From Felis catus (Eukaryota), in assembly GCF_018350175.1 (NCBI RefSeq), contig NC_058382.1, positions 8,866,001 to 8,930,000 on the forward strand: DNA of 64,000 nucleotides. The letters are read 5' to 3'. Each line of letters opens with the position of its first letter. Within the stretch, counting starts at the first letter, position 1. Below are positions 1-18,179 of this stretch, in pieces. The position numbers were made by a program, and so were the translations under genes. The notes under the pieces were generated by a model. The model was not told the DNA's origin. It searched no databases and saw nothing but the letters and a program-made list of their open reading frames with translations.

Positions 1-170
1 AAGTTCAAGAGCATCCCCTGGAAATTCAAGTTCACCTGGAACCTGTGAATGTGGCCTTATTTGGAAATAGGACCTTTGTCAGTGGAATCCAATCAAGATG
101 AGGTCACGCTGGATCAGACCAGGTCCTAAACCTGACGTGACCGGTGCCCTCATAAGAAGAGGGTAATTTA
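1..170 (+). mobile_element. MaLR (MLT1-like) LTR fragment
   Basis: 'tgtgaatgtggccttatttggaaatagg...gatgaggtca...cataagaagagg' matches the typical MLT1 LTR consensus as recalled. Confidence 0.6.
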
Positions 171-320
171 GGGACACCTGGGTGGCTCCGTCGGTTGAGC
201 GTCCAACTTCAGCCCAGGCCATGATCTCACGGTTCATGGGTTCGAGCCCCGCGTGGGGCTCTGTGCTGACAGCTCAGAGCCTGGGGCCTGCTGCGGATTC
301 TGAGCCACCCAGGCGCCCCC
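171..320 (+). mobile_element. Truncated carnivore SINE (CAN/SINEC) fused to the reverse-complemented head of a second SINE
   Basis: gggacacctgggtggctc... tRNA-like head to ~300, then tgagccacccaggcgcccc (reverse complement of a SINE head). Confidence 0.8.
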
Positions 321-1078
321 CCTCCCCCCACCCCTTTCTTTTTTTAATTTTGACACTAACCTGCTTCTAGCGGAAAGGAGAGACAATGCGATTGGGAGTT
401 AACATCCCCAGGTGGGGGGAGAGGTGTTTGCTTGTTTAACACATTTTGCAGGAAACTGTAGGTTTCCTGTCTGGCTTCCCTCTTCCAGGGTCCCGCCCCT
501 CTCTGGGTATCTCTGACACCCCCCCTCTCCCCACCGGGCCCCACGTTTGTCCCTCTTCTCCTCCTCCTCCTCCTGGGTCCTTGACTTCCTCTCTCTGGGT
601 GTCTATCTTAGGACCCACCCCCCACCATTCCACTACCTCTTCCCTCCCCGCCAGGCTGGCCAGGTCCCCGTTCTCCAAGACTGTGGAGGCTTGCAGGGGT
701 GGGGTGGGCGGGAAAGTGATCAGGGCAGATGCCCCGAGGTGCTTCCTGCTCCCTCGCAGGGGGAGACTTTCCAGAGTCAGGTGGACTCCTCTGACCCAGG
801 AACATACATCCCACGTGAAGCTCCCCCCCCAGCCACGAAGCCGCTCTTTCCGGCGACTTTTGTGGCGTTTCGGATTCTGCTTCCGGTGACACCTCTTTCC
901 CTGCCGGAGCCAGCCCAGTGCCACCAGAGCGGACAGCCACACTTGCCACGAGATGCAGAGAGCTTCATTTCCTCCAGTCACTGAGTCCCTCCTGGGACCT
1001 GCTGGGACCTGCAGTTATATCCCCTTTCCACTGAGATGTTCCTCTCATTTGAACCTTGGAATTAAAAATGAAGGGCCC

Positions 1079-1304
1079 TGGGGCGCCTGGGCGGCGCAGT
1101 GGGTTAAGCCTTCCACTTCGGCTCAGGTCATGATCGTACAGTTTGAGCCCCGTGTAGGGCTGTGTGCTGGGCTCTGTGCTGACAGCTCGGAGCCTGGAGC
1201 CCTCTTCGGAGTCTGTGTCTCCCTCTCTCTCTGCCCCTCCCCCACTCATGCTCTGTCTCTGTCTCTCAAAAATGAATAAACGTTAAAACATTTAAAAAAA
1301 AAAT
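1079..1304 (+). mobile_element. Full-length carnivore SINE with target-site duplication
   Basis: ggggcgcctggg head, (CT)n region, AATAAA and polyA tail; TSD ATGAAGGGCCC at 1068-1078 and 1305-1315. Confidence 0.9.
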
Positions 1305-1676
1305 ATGAAGGGCCCAAGACGCCGTGGGAGTGGGTCAGACTCCTGGACATCAGCGCTGTCCGTGAATCTGGGCTGTTGTCTACATTTCTGTCCTCCCTTC
1401 TGTCCCACCCAGGAAATCGCTCAAAGAACAACGTGGAAATCTACGCTGCGGGCGGGGAGAGAGAACAGGCAACCCGCTCACTGGGACTGCATTCTGTGAC
1501 AGTCATCACACTCCAAGTCCATAAGCACCTGGACGGATGAATTTAGATCCTCAAGCCCTCTTCTAGAGAACCAGGACCTCCAGCCTTCAGTCCCTCCAGT
1601 CCCTCCCTCAGCACAGGGTTCCCAGTTCCTCCCTCAAACACTCACACACGCGCACCCTGACCCTCCTCTCAGATTC

Positions 1677-1682
1677 TTTATT
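1677..1682 (-). terminator. FGF21 polyadenylation signal (AATAAA) after an AU-rich 3' UTR
   Basis: tttatt on + strand ~90 nt downstream of the stop; ATTTA-rich tract at 1697-1742 on the minus strand. Confidence 0.7.
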
Positions 1683-1774
1683 ATCCCAAGTAGGCAAAAT
1701 AAAAAAATAAATAAGATAAATATCAAATAACCCAATAAATAAAGAGGAGGCCCCACAGCAAACAGCCCGTGGCT

Positions 1775-3130
1775 TCAGGAAGCGTAGCTGGGACTTCGGC
1801 CCTGGGAAGCCCCCACCATGCTCAGAGGGTCCGAGGAGCCCACGTCCGGGGGCTCGGGGGCCAGGATCCCTGGAGGCTCCGGGGGTGCCGGAAGCAGGCC
1901 TGGCAGCGGCAGGAAGCGGGCAGGTGCCCGGGGGGCCAAGTCCCGGTATGGGGAGTTGTGGGGGGGCAGGCGGAGTGGGAGCCCGAGGGTCTCCGAGTGG
2001 TAGATGTTGTATCCGTCCTCCAGGAGCAGTTCCCGGAAGCTGCAGGCTGCGGGGTCAAAGCGGAGCTGAGGGGACAAGAGAGGACGTCGGAGATACGGGA
2101 TTCCTCTGCACCTTCCTGCTGCAGGACCCAGGAGTCCCGGCCCCCAGCCCCTCCTCCGGGACACAGGCAACAGAAGCAGGCTCTCCCTTTACCCCTGGGC
2201 AGTCCTGCAAGGCCTACCTCCCTGGCTTCACTTCACAGAGACCAATATTCCAGCCCAGGGACCAGTCAAGGCTCTCTGAGTCCAGACAGAGGCGTCTGGC
2301 TTCCACCCAAGGGGTCATGGTCACTTTACAGGCCATGGGTCCCCTGAGCAGCCCTGTGCCCAGCGTGAAGCAGGCAGCTAGGAGCCCATGCGGCCCAGCA
2401 AGGGTCACAGGTCACAGGACTCAGGCGCTCCGTCATTCACGGGCCTCGTGACTCGGAGCTGGTGTGTCCCTGCCTGAGCCTCAGTTTCCCCTTGTGCACA
2501 AATGATGAGGTCAGCTCCCGCGTGCAGGGGAGGTGGCGAGGCGGGGGGCCACGCAGGGAGCACAGAACCAAGCCCGGCTCAGGCCCAAGGTGCGAGAGGT
2601 GGAACCCTGGGTGGTGAAGGTGATACGGAGGGGGGAGCACGAGAAGGGGGCGATCCCAGAAACTCACCGATCCATACAGTGTCCCATCTGGGCCCTGGCA
2701 CAGGAACCTGGACGTTTTGACCCCCAAGATTTGAATTACCCCCGGCTTCAGGGCTTTTAGCTCCAAGAGACCTGAGAGGAGAGAGTGGTCAGGGGCTCAG
2801 AGGACCTCTGCCCAGGCCCGTCTCTCTTAGACCCAGGGGTCTGGGCCCCCCAGCCCCTGCTCCCTCAGACCAGGCTCTGTCTATGCACTCACTCTCAGGG
2901 CTCCGGCGAGCGGTCCCCACCACTGTGCCATCAGCCTTGATCTCGAGGTGGACCTCTGTCTCCTGGGCGTCGTCCGTGTAGAGGAACCGCTGTCGAACTT
3001 GGCCCCCGAATTGGAGGAGGGGGCTGGAGTCAGGGATAGGGTGTGCCTGGCAGGCTTCCGGCAAAAGGACCCCCAGCATCATCAGGACCCACAGTCCCAG
3101 GCGCTGGGACCCGGCCTCGTCCCAGCCCAT
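1775..3130 (-). CDS. FGF21: Fibroblast growth factor 21 (3 coding exons: 3130-2893, 2771-2668, 2065-1775; 210 aa = 29 aa signal + 181 aa mature)
   Basis: Translation MGWDEAGSQRLGLW...HPIPDSSPLLQFGGQVRQRFLYTDD...LELKALKPGVIQILGVKTSRFLCQ...SQGRSPSYAS; canonical GT/AG boundaries; phases consistent (238+104+291 nt). Confidence 0.97.
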
Positions 3131-3327
3131 CACTGGCTCACGTCCTCAGGTGAGATCCGGGGTCTGGGGCTTGAGGAGCCGAATGGTCTAGATTCTGTCC
3201 CCGTTGTCTGGGACAGGAGATTCACGGATTGCACCTTAGTGAGCCTCAACGCCTGGGTCTTCGTGTCCGCGGATTCCCAGCTGACAGAATACCCCGGTCT
3301 CTTAGAATGGATGCAGGCACTCCAAAA

Positions 3328-3834
3328 TTTATATCCAGACAGACCCGCCCAATCACCTTCCCCACACCTGACCCATGATATTTGACCCACTTGGCAAGAG
3401 CTAGGATTCCACCGTGGCCAGATCAGCCTGAGCCGGATGATGCAACCGGGGGGGGGGGGGGGGTGGTCCTTCCCGCTGGGGCCCTGGACTCCCGGGTCTG
3501 AGGAATCAGGGGGACCGGGACCTGCTGACTGGGACTTGGCTGAAAGGGGCTGGGGGAGGAGAGGGCTGGGGGCCTGGAAAACTGCCTCCCTGGCTGATCG
3601 ACGGACACCGTGCCCCATAACCGGGATTGCGGCATCCTGCCCGAATTTCTGTGGGTTTCTGGGGGGGTGCGGGCAGGGAGGGTGTCACACACACGGACGT
3701 TCCTCGATCATCAGGAGAGCAGCAAAAGCCACGTGACCAAAAGCCTCTCGCCTCAACCTCACCAACCCCAGCCCAGAGGTTCCTCGGGCACCTAATGAGC
3801 CAGAGGAGAGCCTCCCTCTCCTCCCTGATGTAAT
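3328..3834 (-). promoter_or_regulatory. FGF21 proximal promoter: TATA box (3328-3333), two C/EBP-ATF (ATF4 AARE) elements (3438-3446, 3826-3834), E-box CACGTG (3730-3735)
   Basis: TATAAA on the minus strand; TGATGCAAC and TGATGTAAT match the AARE consensus; FGF21 is a known ATF4 target with two upstream AAREs. Confidence 0.65.
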
Positions 3835-4249
3835 CCCGGGACCTCTTTCACCAGAGTAGCTACCCCAGGCCCAGAAAGGTGTTCTCAAAATAGCCTGGGG
3901 TGGGGAGGGTGGGTGGAGGGTGAAAGTCTGACTCAGCGCCTCTGGGGTGGGGGTGGGGGGGGGCAGAGCCAGGCTCTGGAGGGGGGAAGTGAAGAGACCA
4001 GAGCCCAAAGGGAATGGGGGGGGGGTTCCTGGAAACTGTAGGACAGAGACGGACACCCTCCAGTGCGGAGGTCTGAACGTCTCCAGCAGAGGGGGCTGGG
4101 GCTGGAAATCCTGGGTCTGTGGAAGGAGGGGCTTGGGTCTGGAGACATCACGGTCCACCCTCTGGAGAGGGGAGTCAAATTCCTGGGTCTTTAGCTTTGA
4201 TTTATCGAATGACAATGATCACACGGCTCCAGCCCAAGGAAGTGGGGGG

Positions 4250-5230
4250 GGGGGGTGGCGGAACCGCCCGGTCAATGGAAGCGGCTCCAGGTATACACCG
4301 CGGAGCCGAGGCCCTGGACCCCCAACCTGGGGCCCCAGCCTCCCGGTGAGGCTGGGCATGACAGGCCCGCTTCCCCTCCTCGCCCTCGGGGAGACGCTGT
4401 CCCCGGGACGCGCCCGTCTGGAGAGGAGCCGTCGGACCCCGGATCGTAGGATTCCTCAAAAGGAGAGGCTCAGCAGTTCGCAGGTGCACCGTGCGGAGAC
4501 GGGGAATTAGCGGCCCCCGGTGTGCGCGGGGACACCCTTTCGGGCCGGAGGCGCCCACGTTCGGGACCCTGAGAGCCGGAGGAGGTTTCCATCGGCTCCT
4601 GGAGCAGGCCTGGCAAACAGGTTCTGCCTCCCCACCGGGAGGACCCGGCCGAGGGCGGAGGATCTTCGCCCCCGCCCGGGCCTGGTGTCTGCGCCCTCCC
4701 CAGCGGCTGGGGCGTGGCCCGGCTCGGAGCATCCAGATACTCTGGGCGGCCCTTCAGCCCAGGCTCGGGAGAAGGGGGAGAAGTCGATGGACCCGAATAC
4801 CTGGGTCCGGCCTTGCGGCTGGGCGCCGGGTCTCCAGGCTGTGGAGGCTGGCCCCGGAGAGCCCGCCCGCGGGCCGGGGCCGAGGAGGAGGGGGCCGGGC
4901 GCGGGTCCCCGGGTCTGGGGAGGGCAGGGGGGGCGGGGGTTACCAGCTTAGCCTGGGGCGCCGGGGCGGGGGCGGGGCTCCGCCTCCGACCTACCTGCCC
5001 AGGTCGGGAGGGGCGGAGGCTGGGAGTCTCGGAACCGCGCCCATCTCCTTCCTCCCTCCCCCGAGCCCTAGGAGCCAGTCGGGGGAGGCGGCATGGAGGG
5101 GAGGGCTGCCGAGCCTAGGATCCCGGAGTCCTGGGTTCCGGGGGCGGCCGGATGTGGGCTGCACCTGCGGTCGGCGCGCTCCAGCCTCTCTAAGCCCGCT
5201 GTGGCTCTGTCACCCGCCAGGAGCTCAGGT
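4250..5230. promoter_or_regulatory. CpG island / FUT1 promoter with GC boxes and probable non-coding exon ending at 5228
   Basis: Very GC/CpG-rich, several GGGCGG boxes (~4930-5020), donor CAG|GTGAGT at 5228/5229. Confidence 0.6.
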
Positions 5231-5795
5231 GAGTGGGACCGGAGGATGCCTGGGACCCAGGAATCGGGGCCTTCGGTCCCAGGAGGCGCAGCCCCAACCG
5301 CTAGCCCCGTAGGACCCCAGGAGTCTCCACCCCCCCCCCCCAACTCCTGCTCGTCCAGAGGCCGAGATCCCTCATCCAGTCCCCGACCTCCAGCCTCTCA
5401 TGTTCCACCTGGCCCCTCTCTTCCCGTCACCCCCATGGCGGAGTCCTCACCCTCCCTCCACCAGGCCCACCCCAGAGAGGAGTGGGTGGCACATCGCCCA
5501 ACTAAAGTGGGACCTCCCGGCCCGGGGAGCCAGATTCCAAGGTGCGGATGTGGCAGGCTGGCTCCGAGACCCGTTGCTATCTTGGAAACACCAGTTTTCG
5601 ACATTCGCCGTCCCCATCCCTGCAGTTCCAAGCGCCCACCTCCCTCCCCTCCCTCAGATCCAGGCCCCTGATCCCCTTTCCCGGGGACCCAGGAGTCTCA
5701 AGCCTTGGTTTCCTCGTTCCCCCAGGCCCCTGCCCACGGACACTTCCTCCTGGGGCTCCGGGGCCCCGCTAATTCACCTTTCCTCCCGTGCAGCC

Positions 5796-6875
5796 ATGTG
5801 GGCCCCCAGCCAACGGCAGCTCTGTGTGGCTTTCCTGCTAGTGTGTGTCCTTTCAGCCACCTTGTTCCTCTACGTCCACCGAGACCTCTTTCCCAACGGC
5901 CTGGCCCTGACGGCCCTGTGTCCAGGCCGCCGCCCGGTGCCATCCCCTGTGGCCATCCTCTGCCTGTCCCCCAACACCTCCGCCTGCCCCAAGCCCCCCG
6001 CCTCCCTCTCGGGAACCTGGACCATCCACCCAGACGGCCGGTTCGGTAACCAGATGGGGCAGTACGCCACGCTCCTGGCCCTGGCCCAGCTCAACAGTCG
6101 CCGGGCCTTCATCCTGCCCGCCATGCACGCCGCCCTGGCCCCCGTGTTCCGCATCACCCTGCCGGTGCTGGCGCCCGAGGTGGACAGCCGCACGCCCTGG
6201 CGGGAGCTGGAGCTCCACGACTGGATGTCCCGGGAGTACGCCCGCCTGAGGGACCCCTTGCTGAAGCTCACCGGCTTTCCCTGCTCCTGGACCTTCTTCC
6301 ACCACCTCCGGGAGCAGATCCGCAGGGAATTCACGCTGCATGACCACCTTCGGCGAGAGGCCCAGGGTCTGCTGAGCCGGCTCCGCCTGGGCCCCACCGG
6401 GGACCGCCCTCGCACCTTCGTGGGCGTCCACGTGCGCCGCGGGGACTACCTGCGGGTCATGCCCCACCGCTGGAAGGGGGTGGTAGGCGATCGCGCTTAC
6501 CTCCGGCAGGCTATGGACTGGTTCCGGGCACGGCACGAAGACCCCGTCTTTGTGGTCACCAGCAACGGCATGGAGTGGTGCCGGGAAAACATGGACACGT
6601 CCCGTGGGGATGTGATCTTTGCGGGCGACGGGCAGGAGGGCTCGCCGGGGAGGGACTTCGCGCTGCTCACGCAGTGCAACCACACCATCATGACCATTGG
6701 CACTTTTGGCTTCTGGGCCGCCTACCTGACCGGTGGGGACACCGTCTACCTGGCCAACTTCACCCTGCCCGACTCCAACTTCCTGAAGATCTTTAAGCCC
6801 GAGGCTGCCTTCTTGCCCGAGTGGGTGGGCATTAATGCAGACTTGTCTCCCCTCCGCTCCTTGGCTGGGCCTTGA
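5796..6875 (+). CDS. FUT1: Galactoside alpha-(1,2)-fucosyltransferase 1 (H enzyme), single coding exon, 359 aa
   Basis: [10 protein letters not shown] start directly after acceptor CAG (5791-5793); N-terminal TM; GT11 motifs [11 protein letters not shown] and HVRRGDY; synteny between FGF21 and IZUMO1. Confidence 0.96.
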   Translation: MWAPSQRQLCVAFLLVCVLSATLFLYVHRDLFPNGLALTALCPGRRPVPSPVAILCLSPNTSACPKPPASLSGTWTIHPDGRFGNQMGQYATLLALAQLNSRRAFILPAMHAALAPVFRITLPVLAPEVDSRTPWRELELHDWMSREYARLRDPLLKLTGFPCSWTFFHHLREQIRREFTLHDHLRREAQGLLSRLRLGPTGDRPRTFVGVHVRRGDYLRVMPHRWKGVVGDRAYLRQAMDWFRARHEDPVFVVTSNGMEWCRENMDTSRGDVIFAGDGQEGSPGRDFALLTQCNHTIMTIGTFGFWAAYLTGGDTVYLANFTLPDSNFLKIFKPEAAFLPEWVGINADLSPLRSLAGP

Positions 6876-7595
6876 GCAGCGGGGAGACTTTCTGGAATAG
6901 CTCGGGCCAGCGTTCTGGGTCTCCGGAGGCCTAGCGGCTTCTGGAGAAGCTTGTGGTAGCCCCGTAGCAGGCGGGCACCCATTTCTAGAGTAATCCTAGT
7001 TGGCTAGACTTGGAGAAAGAGGACTTGGAGAAAAAGAAACCTAGGGGCTCTCTGTAACTGCCTGGACGTTCTAGAACCAGCAGGGGATCTTTTCCTGAGG
7101 GCTGGCAATGTCCAGAGAGGCTCGCGTCAGTTCTGGAAGGCAATGCCTTACCCACTGTTCCCAGCACGGATCCAGGGTACTTCTGGATGGCTTCACCCCA
7201 AAAATGGAGAACTCCCCGCCCCCCCCCCCCTTCTAATGTTGCCTCTGGTCTTTTCTAGAAGAGAAGGACAATCCTCAGGACTGAAAGAACTTAGGGGTAG
7301 TCCACAGCAAGCACTCATCCACTCCTCTGCTGTGTTTCTGGAGTGGTTCTAGAGAGGGCCAGGTCTCAGGCCTGTGGAGAATCCTGCAGGGCTTCCCCAG
7401 AGGGGATGAGGTTCTGGAATTCTAGGAGGATCTCAGGAAGGGACACTCAGAAGTTCAACACCTCAGCCACTGTCAGGAAGACTGGCAGAACACAGAGTAT
7501 CTGTCCTGTGAGGTGGGAAATCTGTCCAACCTCTCAGCCTCTGAGAAAAAGAAAGACAAAGGCCCGTTTTGGAAATTTAAAAAGAAAAAAATATG

Positions 7596-7992
7596 TTTTT
7601 TAATGTTTATTTTTGAGAGACAGAGACAGAGCGTGAGCAGGGGAGGGGCAGAGAGAGAGGGAGACACAGAACCTGAAGCAGGCTCCTGGCTCTGAGCTGT
7701 CAGCACAGAGCCCGACTCGGGCTCGAACTCGCAGATCTAGAGATCATGACCTGAGCTGAAGCCGGGGGCTTAGCTGACTGAGCCACGCAGGTGCCCCTTG
7801 AATTTTTTTTTTTTATGTTTATTTTTGAGACAGAGGCAGAGAGCAAGCAGGGGAGGGGCAGAGAGAGGGAGAGGGAGACACAGAATCCAAAGCAGGCTCC
7901 AGAGCCTGAGGTGGGGCTCGAACTCACGAACCGCGAGATCACGACCTGAGCCGAAGTCAGACACTTAACCGACTGAGCCACCCAGGCGCCCC
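7596..7992 (-). mobile_element. Two tandem carnivore SINEs (~7596-7797, ~7803-7992)
   Basis: Reverse-strand polyT, (GA)n and ...tgagccacccaggcgccc heads. Confidence 0.85.
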
Positions 7993-8390
7993 AGAGACTC
8001 TATTTTGAGCAGATAGACTAAAACGTGGGACTGTTCCTCCACAGGTCGGGGAGAGGTATGGATGCTGAAATACAGCAGCTCGTGGAGCAAAGCCTTCCAG
8101 AAACCTAGAGACTTTTTTTTTTTTTTTTGTCAAAAACTGCCAAAGACAGGCACTTTACAAGTCGGCTCTGAGTTAAGGTTACCTTTCTTCTCAAGAAAGT
8201 TTCCTTCTCTGCAGCTGGGCTGTTGGATGTAACAGGATCGATTTTCTGGAATTCAGCCAGCATAAATAAACGTCATGAATGTTTCTTTTGGGCTTGCAGA
8301 AAGCTACAGGTATGGGGACCCTTGCCAACCTGGGCTTCCTCTGATTTCACAGAACCACTAAACCCGGTTTCGGGCTTCAAGGGCTCTGTA

Positions 8391-8600
8391 GGCGCCTGGG
8401 TGGCTTAGTCAGTTCAGCCTTCGACTTTGGCTCAGGTCATGATCTCGCGGTTCGTGAGTTTGGGCCCCAGTGGGGTTCTGTGCTCACGGCTCAGAGCCTG
8501 GAGCCTGCTTCGGATTCTGCGTCTCCCTCTCTCGCTGTCCCCACCCCTCCACCCCCCGCTCGACCTCTCTTTCTCTCTCTCGAAAATAAATAAACATTAA
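8391..8600 (+). mobile_element. Carnivore SINE
   Basis: ggcgcctgggtggcttagtc head, CT-rich region, aaataaataaa tail. Confidence 0.85.
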
Positions 8601-8943
8601 AAGAAGAATGAAAGGATCTGAAGGTCTGAAAGTATACGGGCCCCGGGCTGGCCTGAAACCCAGGCCAGAGCACAAGGTCTGGCCAAGGAGAATGGGATTC
8701 TTGACTCAGATTCCAGGACCCCCTTGGTGCTTTTTTGTAGGGGATGAAGGTACCTAGCTTTATTACAGACAACTCTGATCGCATCCCCTACCTACCCAGA
8801 AGAATCCAAGCCCCCTTTTTTTTAGTCGTCTCAGGGAGTTTTGAGGGATCATTCACTATTCAGCTGCCACAGGTGGGACAGAGGGAGATATGAATTAAAA
8901 GTCCACACCACCAAATCCTGTCTCTGCAGGTGTTGTGGAGTCC

Positions 8944-8945
<2 letters not shown>

Positions 8946-8973
<28 letters not shown>
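8946..8973. repeat. (TG)n microsatellite
   Basis: Direct. Confidence 0.9.
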
Positions 8974-8979
<6 letters not shown>

Positions 8980-9069
8980 GGGAAATCCAGAACTGCTCAC
9001 GTCTAGGGGTATTGTCCCTGCTGGGAACTGGCAGCCTCCTGTTCTCAGGCTCATGTGAGTCGCGGTTCC

Positions 9070-9280
9070 TGTTTTGTTTTAATGTTTATTCATTTTTGAA
9101 AGACAGAGGCAGAGCATAAGCAGGGGTGGGGCGGAGAGGGAGGGGGACACAGAATCCGAAGCAGGCTCCAGGCTCGGAGCTGTCAGCACAGAGCCCGAGG
9201 CGGGGCTTGAACTCATGAACGGTGAGATCATGACCTGAGCCGAAGCCTGACGCTCAACCCACTGAGCCACCCAGGCGCCC
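9070..9280 (-). mobile_element. Carnivore SINE
   Basis: Reverse-strand SINE ending in ...gagccacccaggcgcccc. Confidence 0.85.
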
Positions 9281-9694
9281 CGCGGTTTCAGTTTTTATGG
9301 TGGTTTGATTCTTGATGTAGAAAAGGAGAGAGAGACCTTCCAGGACCCATAGGTCTGAGCCCCAGGTTCTTAGTATTGGCCCTAGGCCTCTTTCTTCTAG
9401 AACCCTGGCATCGAGCCCCTCAGCTATGGAGAGAAGGAGGAGAAGGGAGTGAGTAAAGTGTGGAACTCTGGCCAGGGAGACACCCCAGGGCCTCCTGGGA
9501 GTCGTAGTCCTGCGGCTAGAAAGGGCCACTTCCCAATTCCGTGGCTTGACACCAAATATTCCAAAAGATCCCAGGCATCTAGCCGAAGCCTGGGTTCAGA
9601 AACTCGGGGACGAGAGGAAGCTGAAGGCCAGATGCCCTCGCCTGAGCTGACCAGATGAAACTTCTAGTCTGAGAAGGAGGCCTCTTGGCGATTT

Positions 9695-9910
9695 CCTGGA
9701 ACCATAGGCGGAGCCTTCCTTTGTTGCCGTCCAATCGGACTCAGAGTTGGGTTTGTGGGCGGGGCCAAGGAAACTCCTGGGCGTGTCTCCAGGGAAGTCG
9801 CGCCCCCACGTCCGAAGCTAGAAGGGGGAGGCTGTGGGAATTCCTTGTAGATCGGGGGAAACGGTGACTCGGACTCCAGTCACAAAGCTCTCCACATCAC
9901 GTGACCAACC
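9695..9910 (+). promoter_or_regulatory. IZUMO1 promoter block (CCAAT 9731-9735, GC box, TCACGTGA 9897-9904), repeated at ~14160-14370, 18780-18995, 33740-33965, 38550-38770, 43235-43465; absent before copy 4
   Basis: Conserved 'gttgccgtccaatc..actcagagttgggtttgtgggcggggcc' and 'tcacgtga' in six units. Confidence 0.65.
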
Positions 9911-10247
9911 TCACCTTCGCCCCAGAAACGTCCTCAATTTTAGCCGTGGCAAATAAAGTGGAAGGACGTGACCTGCTCGTCCCCTCTAAAGGCCCTCAGC
10001 CTGGATTCGGCCCTTCAGCGAACTCTAGTATTCCAGGGTGCAACATTCAAGGTCAAGGTCGGGCAGCGGCTGTCTAGGGTGCATCGGGACTCCGGACTCC
10101 TCGGTTTCCTAACCGAGAAGGGGGAGCCCTGCAAATTGGGGGGTCTTACTCTCGGGGAAGGGGTTCTTTCCCGTTACTGATCACCCCTTCCGTGTGGGGT
10201 GGGAGGACCCTCCCCGGGTTCTGTGCGGGCTGAGCGCTGTGGCCGCA

Positions 10248-13561
<3,314 letters not shown>

Positions 13562-14705
13562 AGATTTATCTGGTTGCCTAAATACCGGATTCATTTCCTC
13601 GGGTCTGATCCTCATTTTAGCTTTCCGAGAGGAGAGGTCTGGGGCTCGCCTCCTGTCCTAGAAGGAGAGCCCGGGAACCCGGGTCCCTTGGTCATGGCAG
13701 GGCCCCCTGGCTGAGATGTAATTCCCCAATCGAGGAGTGGGGAAGGGCCAGCCCTACCCAGATCTCCTCCCCCAGCCTCGCCCCCTCACAGGACGCCCCC
13801 TCCCGGCTCTTCCAGCCCAGTTGCCTCTGGCCTTTTCCAGTCCCCCAGCCAGGGCTGGGAGCCGGGGCAGAGGGGTCAAGAACCAACCCGGGTCAACGAA
13901 GACAGGGCGCCGAGGTGCTGGGGGGACCCGAAGCAGAGTAAGAACCGCGGGACCAGGGGTCCACACCCCTCCTGCGTCAGACCCAAGAGCCGGTCCCCAG
14001 CCATCTTCCACGCCAGTTCCCAGGAGTTAAGCTCCCATCTTTCTCCTCCACCCAGACTCCTTAGTCTGACCCCAGCCCCCTCCACCCCAACGCGACCACA
14101 CAAGGGCCTCATCGGGGAGGCCCAGATGAAAGTTCTAGTCAGAGAGGGGTCGGTCTGCGAGATCCTGGAACAATAGGCGGGGCCTCCCTTTGTTGCCGTC
14201 CAATCAGACTCAGAGTTGGGTTTGTGGGCGGGGCCAAGGAAACTCGCCCAGAGTGTCTCTTGAGAAGTCGGCGCCCCAAGGAGAAAGGAAGAAGAGGGAC
14301 TCTGTGGGATTGAGGCGACCTTCGAGTCTGACTCCAGTCATAAAGCTCTCCACGTCACGTGACCAACCTCACCTTCGCTCCAGAAACGTCCTCAATTTTA
14401 GCCGTGGCAAATAGAGTGGAAGGACGTGACCCTATCGTCCCCTCTAAAGGCCCCCAGCCTGGATTCGGCCCTTCAGCGAACCCTAGTATTCCAGGGTGCA
14501 ACATTCAAGGTCAAGGTCGGGCAGCGGCTGTCTAGGGTGCATCGGGACTCCGGACTCCTCGGTTTCCTAACCGAGAAGGGGGAGCCCTGCAAATTGGGGG
14601 GTCTTACTCTCGGGGAAGAGGTTCTTTCCGGTCAGCGATCACCCCTTCCGTGTGGGGTGGGTGGACCCTCCCCGGGGTTCTGCTGGGGCTGAGCGCCCTG
14701 GGGAA

Positions 14706-18179
<3,474 letters not shown>

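Noticed and set aside
4491-5312. 273-aa ORF and overlapping ORFs
   Set aside because: Stop-poor CpG island; low-complexity G/R/P translation with no recognisable domain
5400-5795. 132-aa N-terminal extension of FUT1 in the ORF track
   Set aside because: Lies upstream of a clear acceptor at 5792-5793; the known protein starts at MWAP
5853-6683. 276-aa antisense ORF
   Set aside because: Shadow of the GC3-rich FUT1 coding strand
10160-10190. Loss of the candidate 5' UTR acceptor in copy 1 (ttac vs ttag/tcag in other copies)
   Set aside because: The 5' UTR intron is only inferred and the change would not affect the CDS; cannot be supported without transcripts
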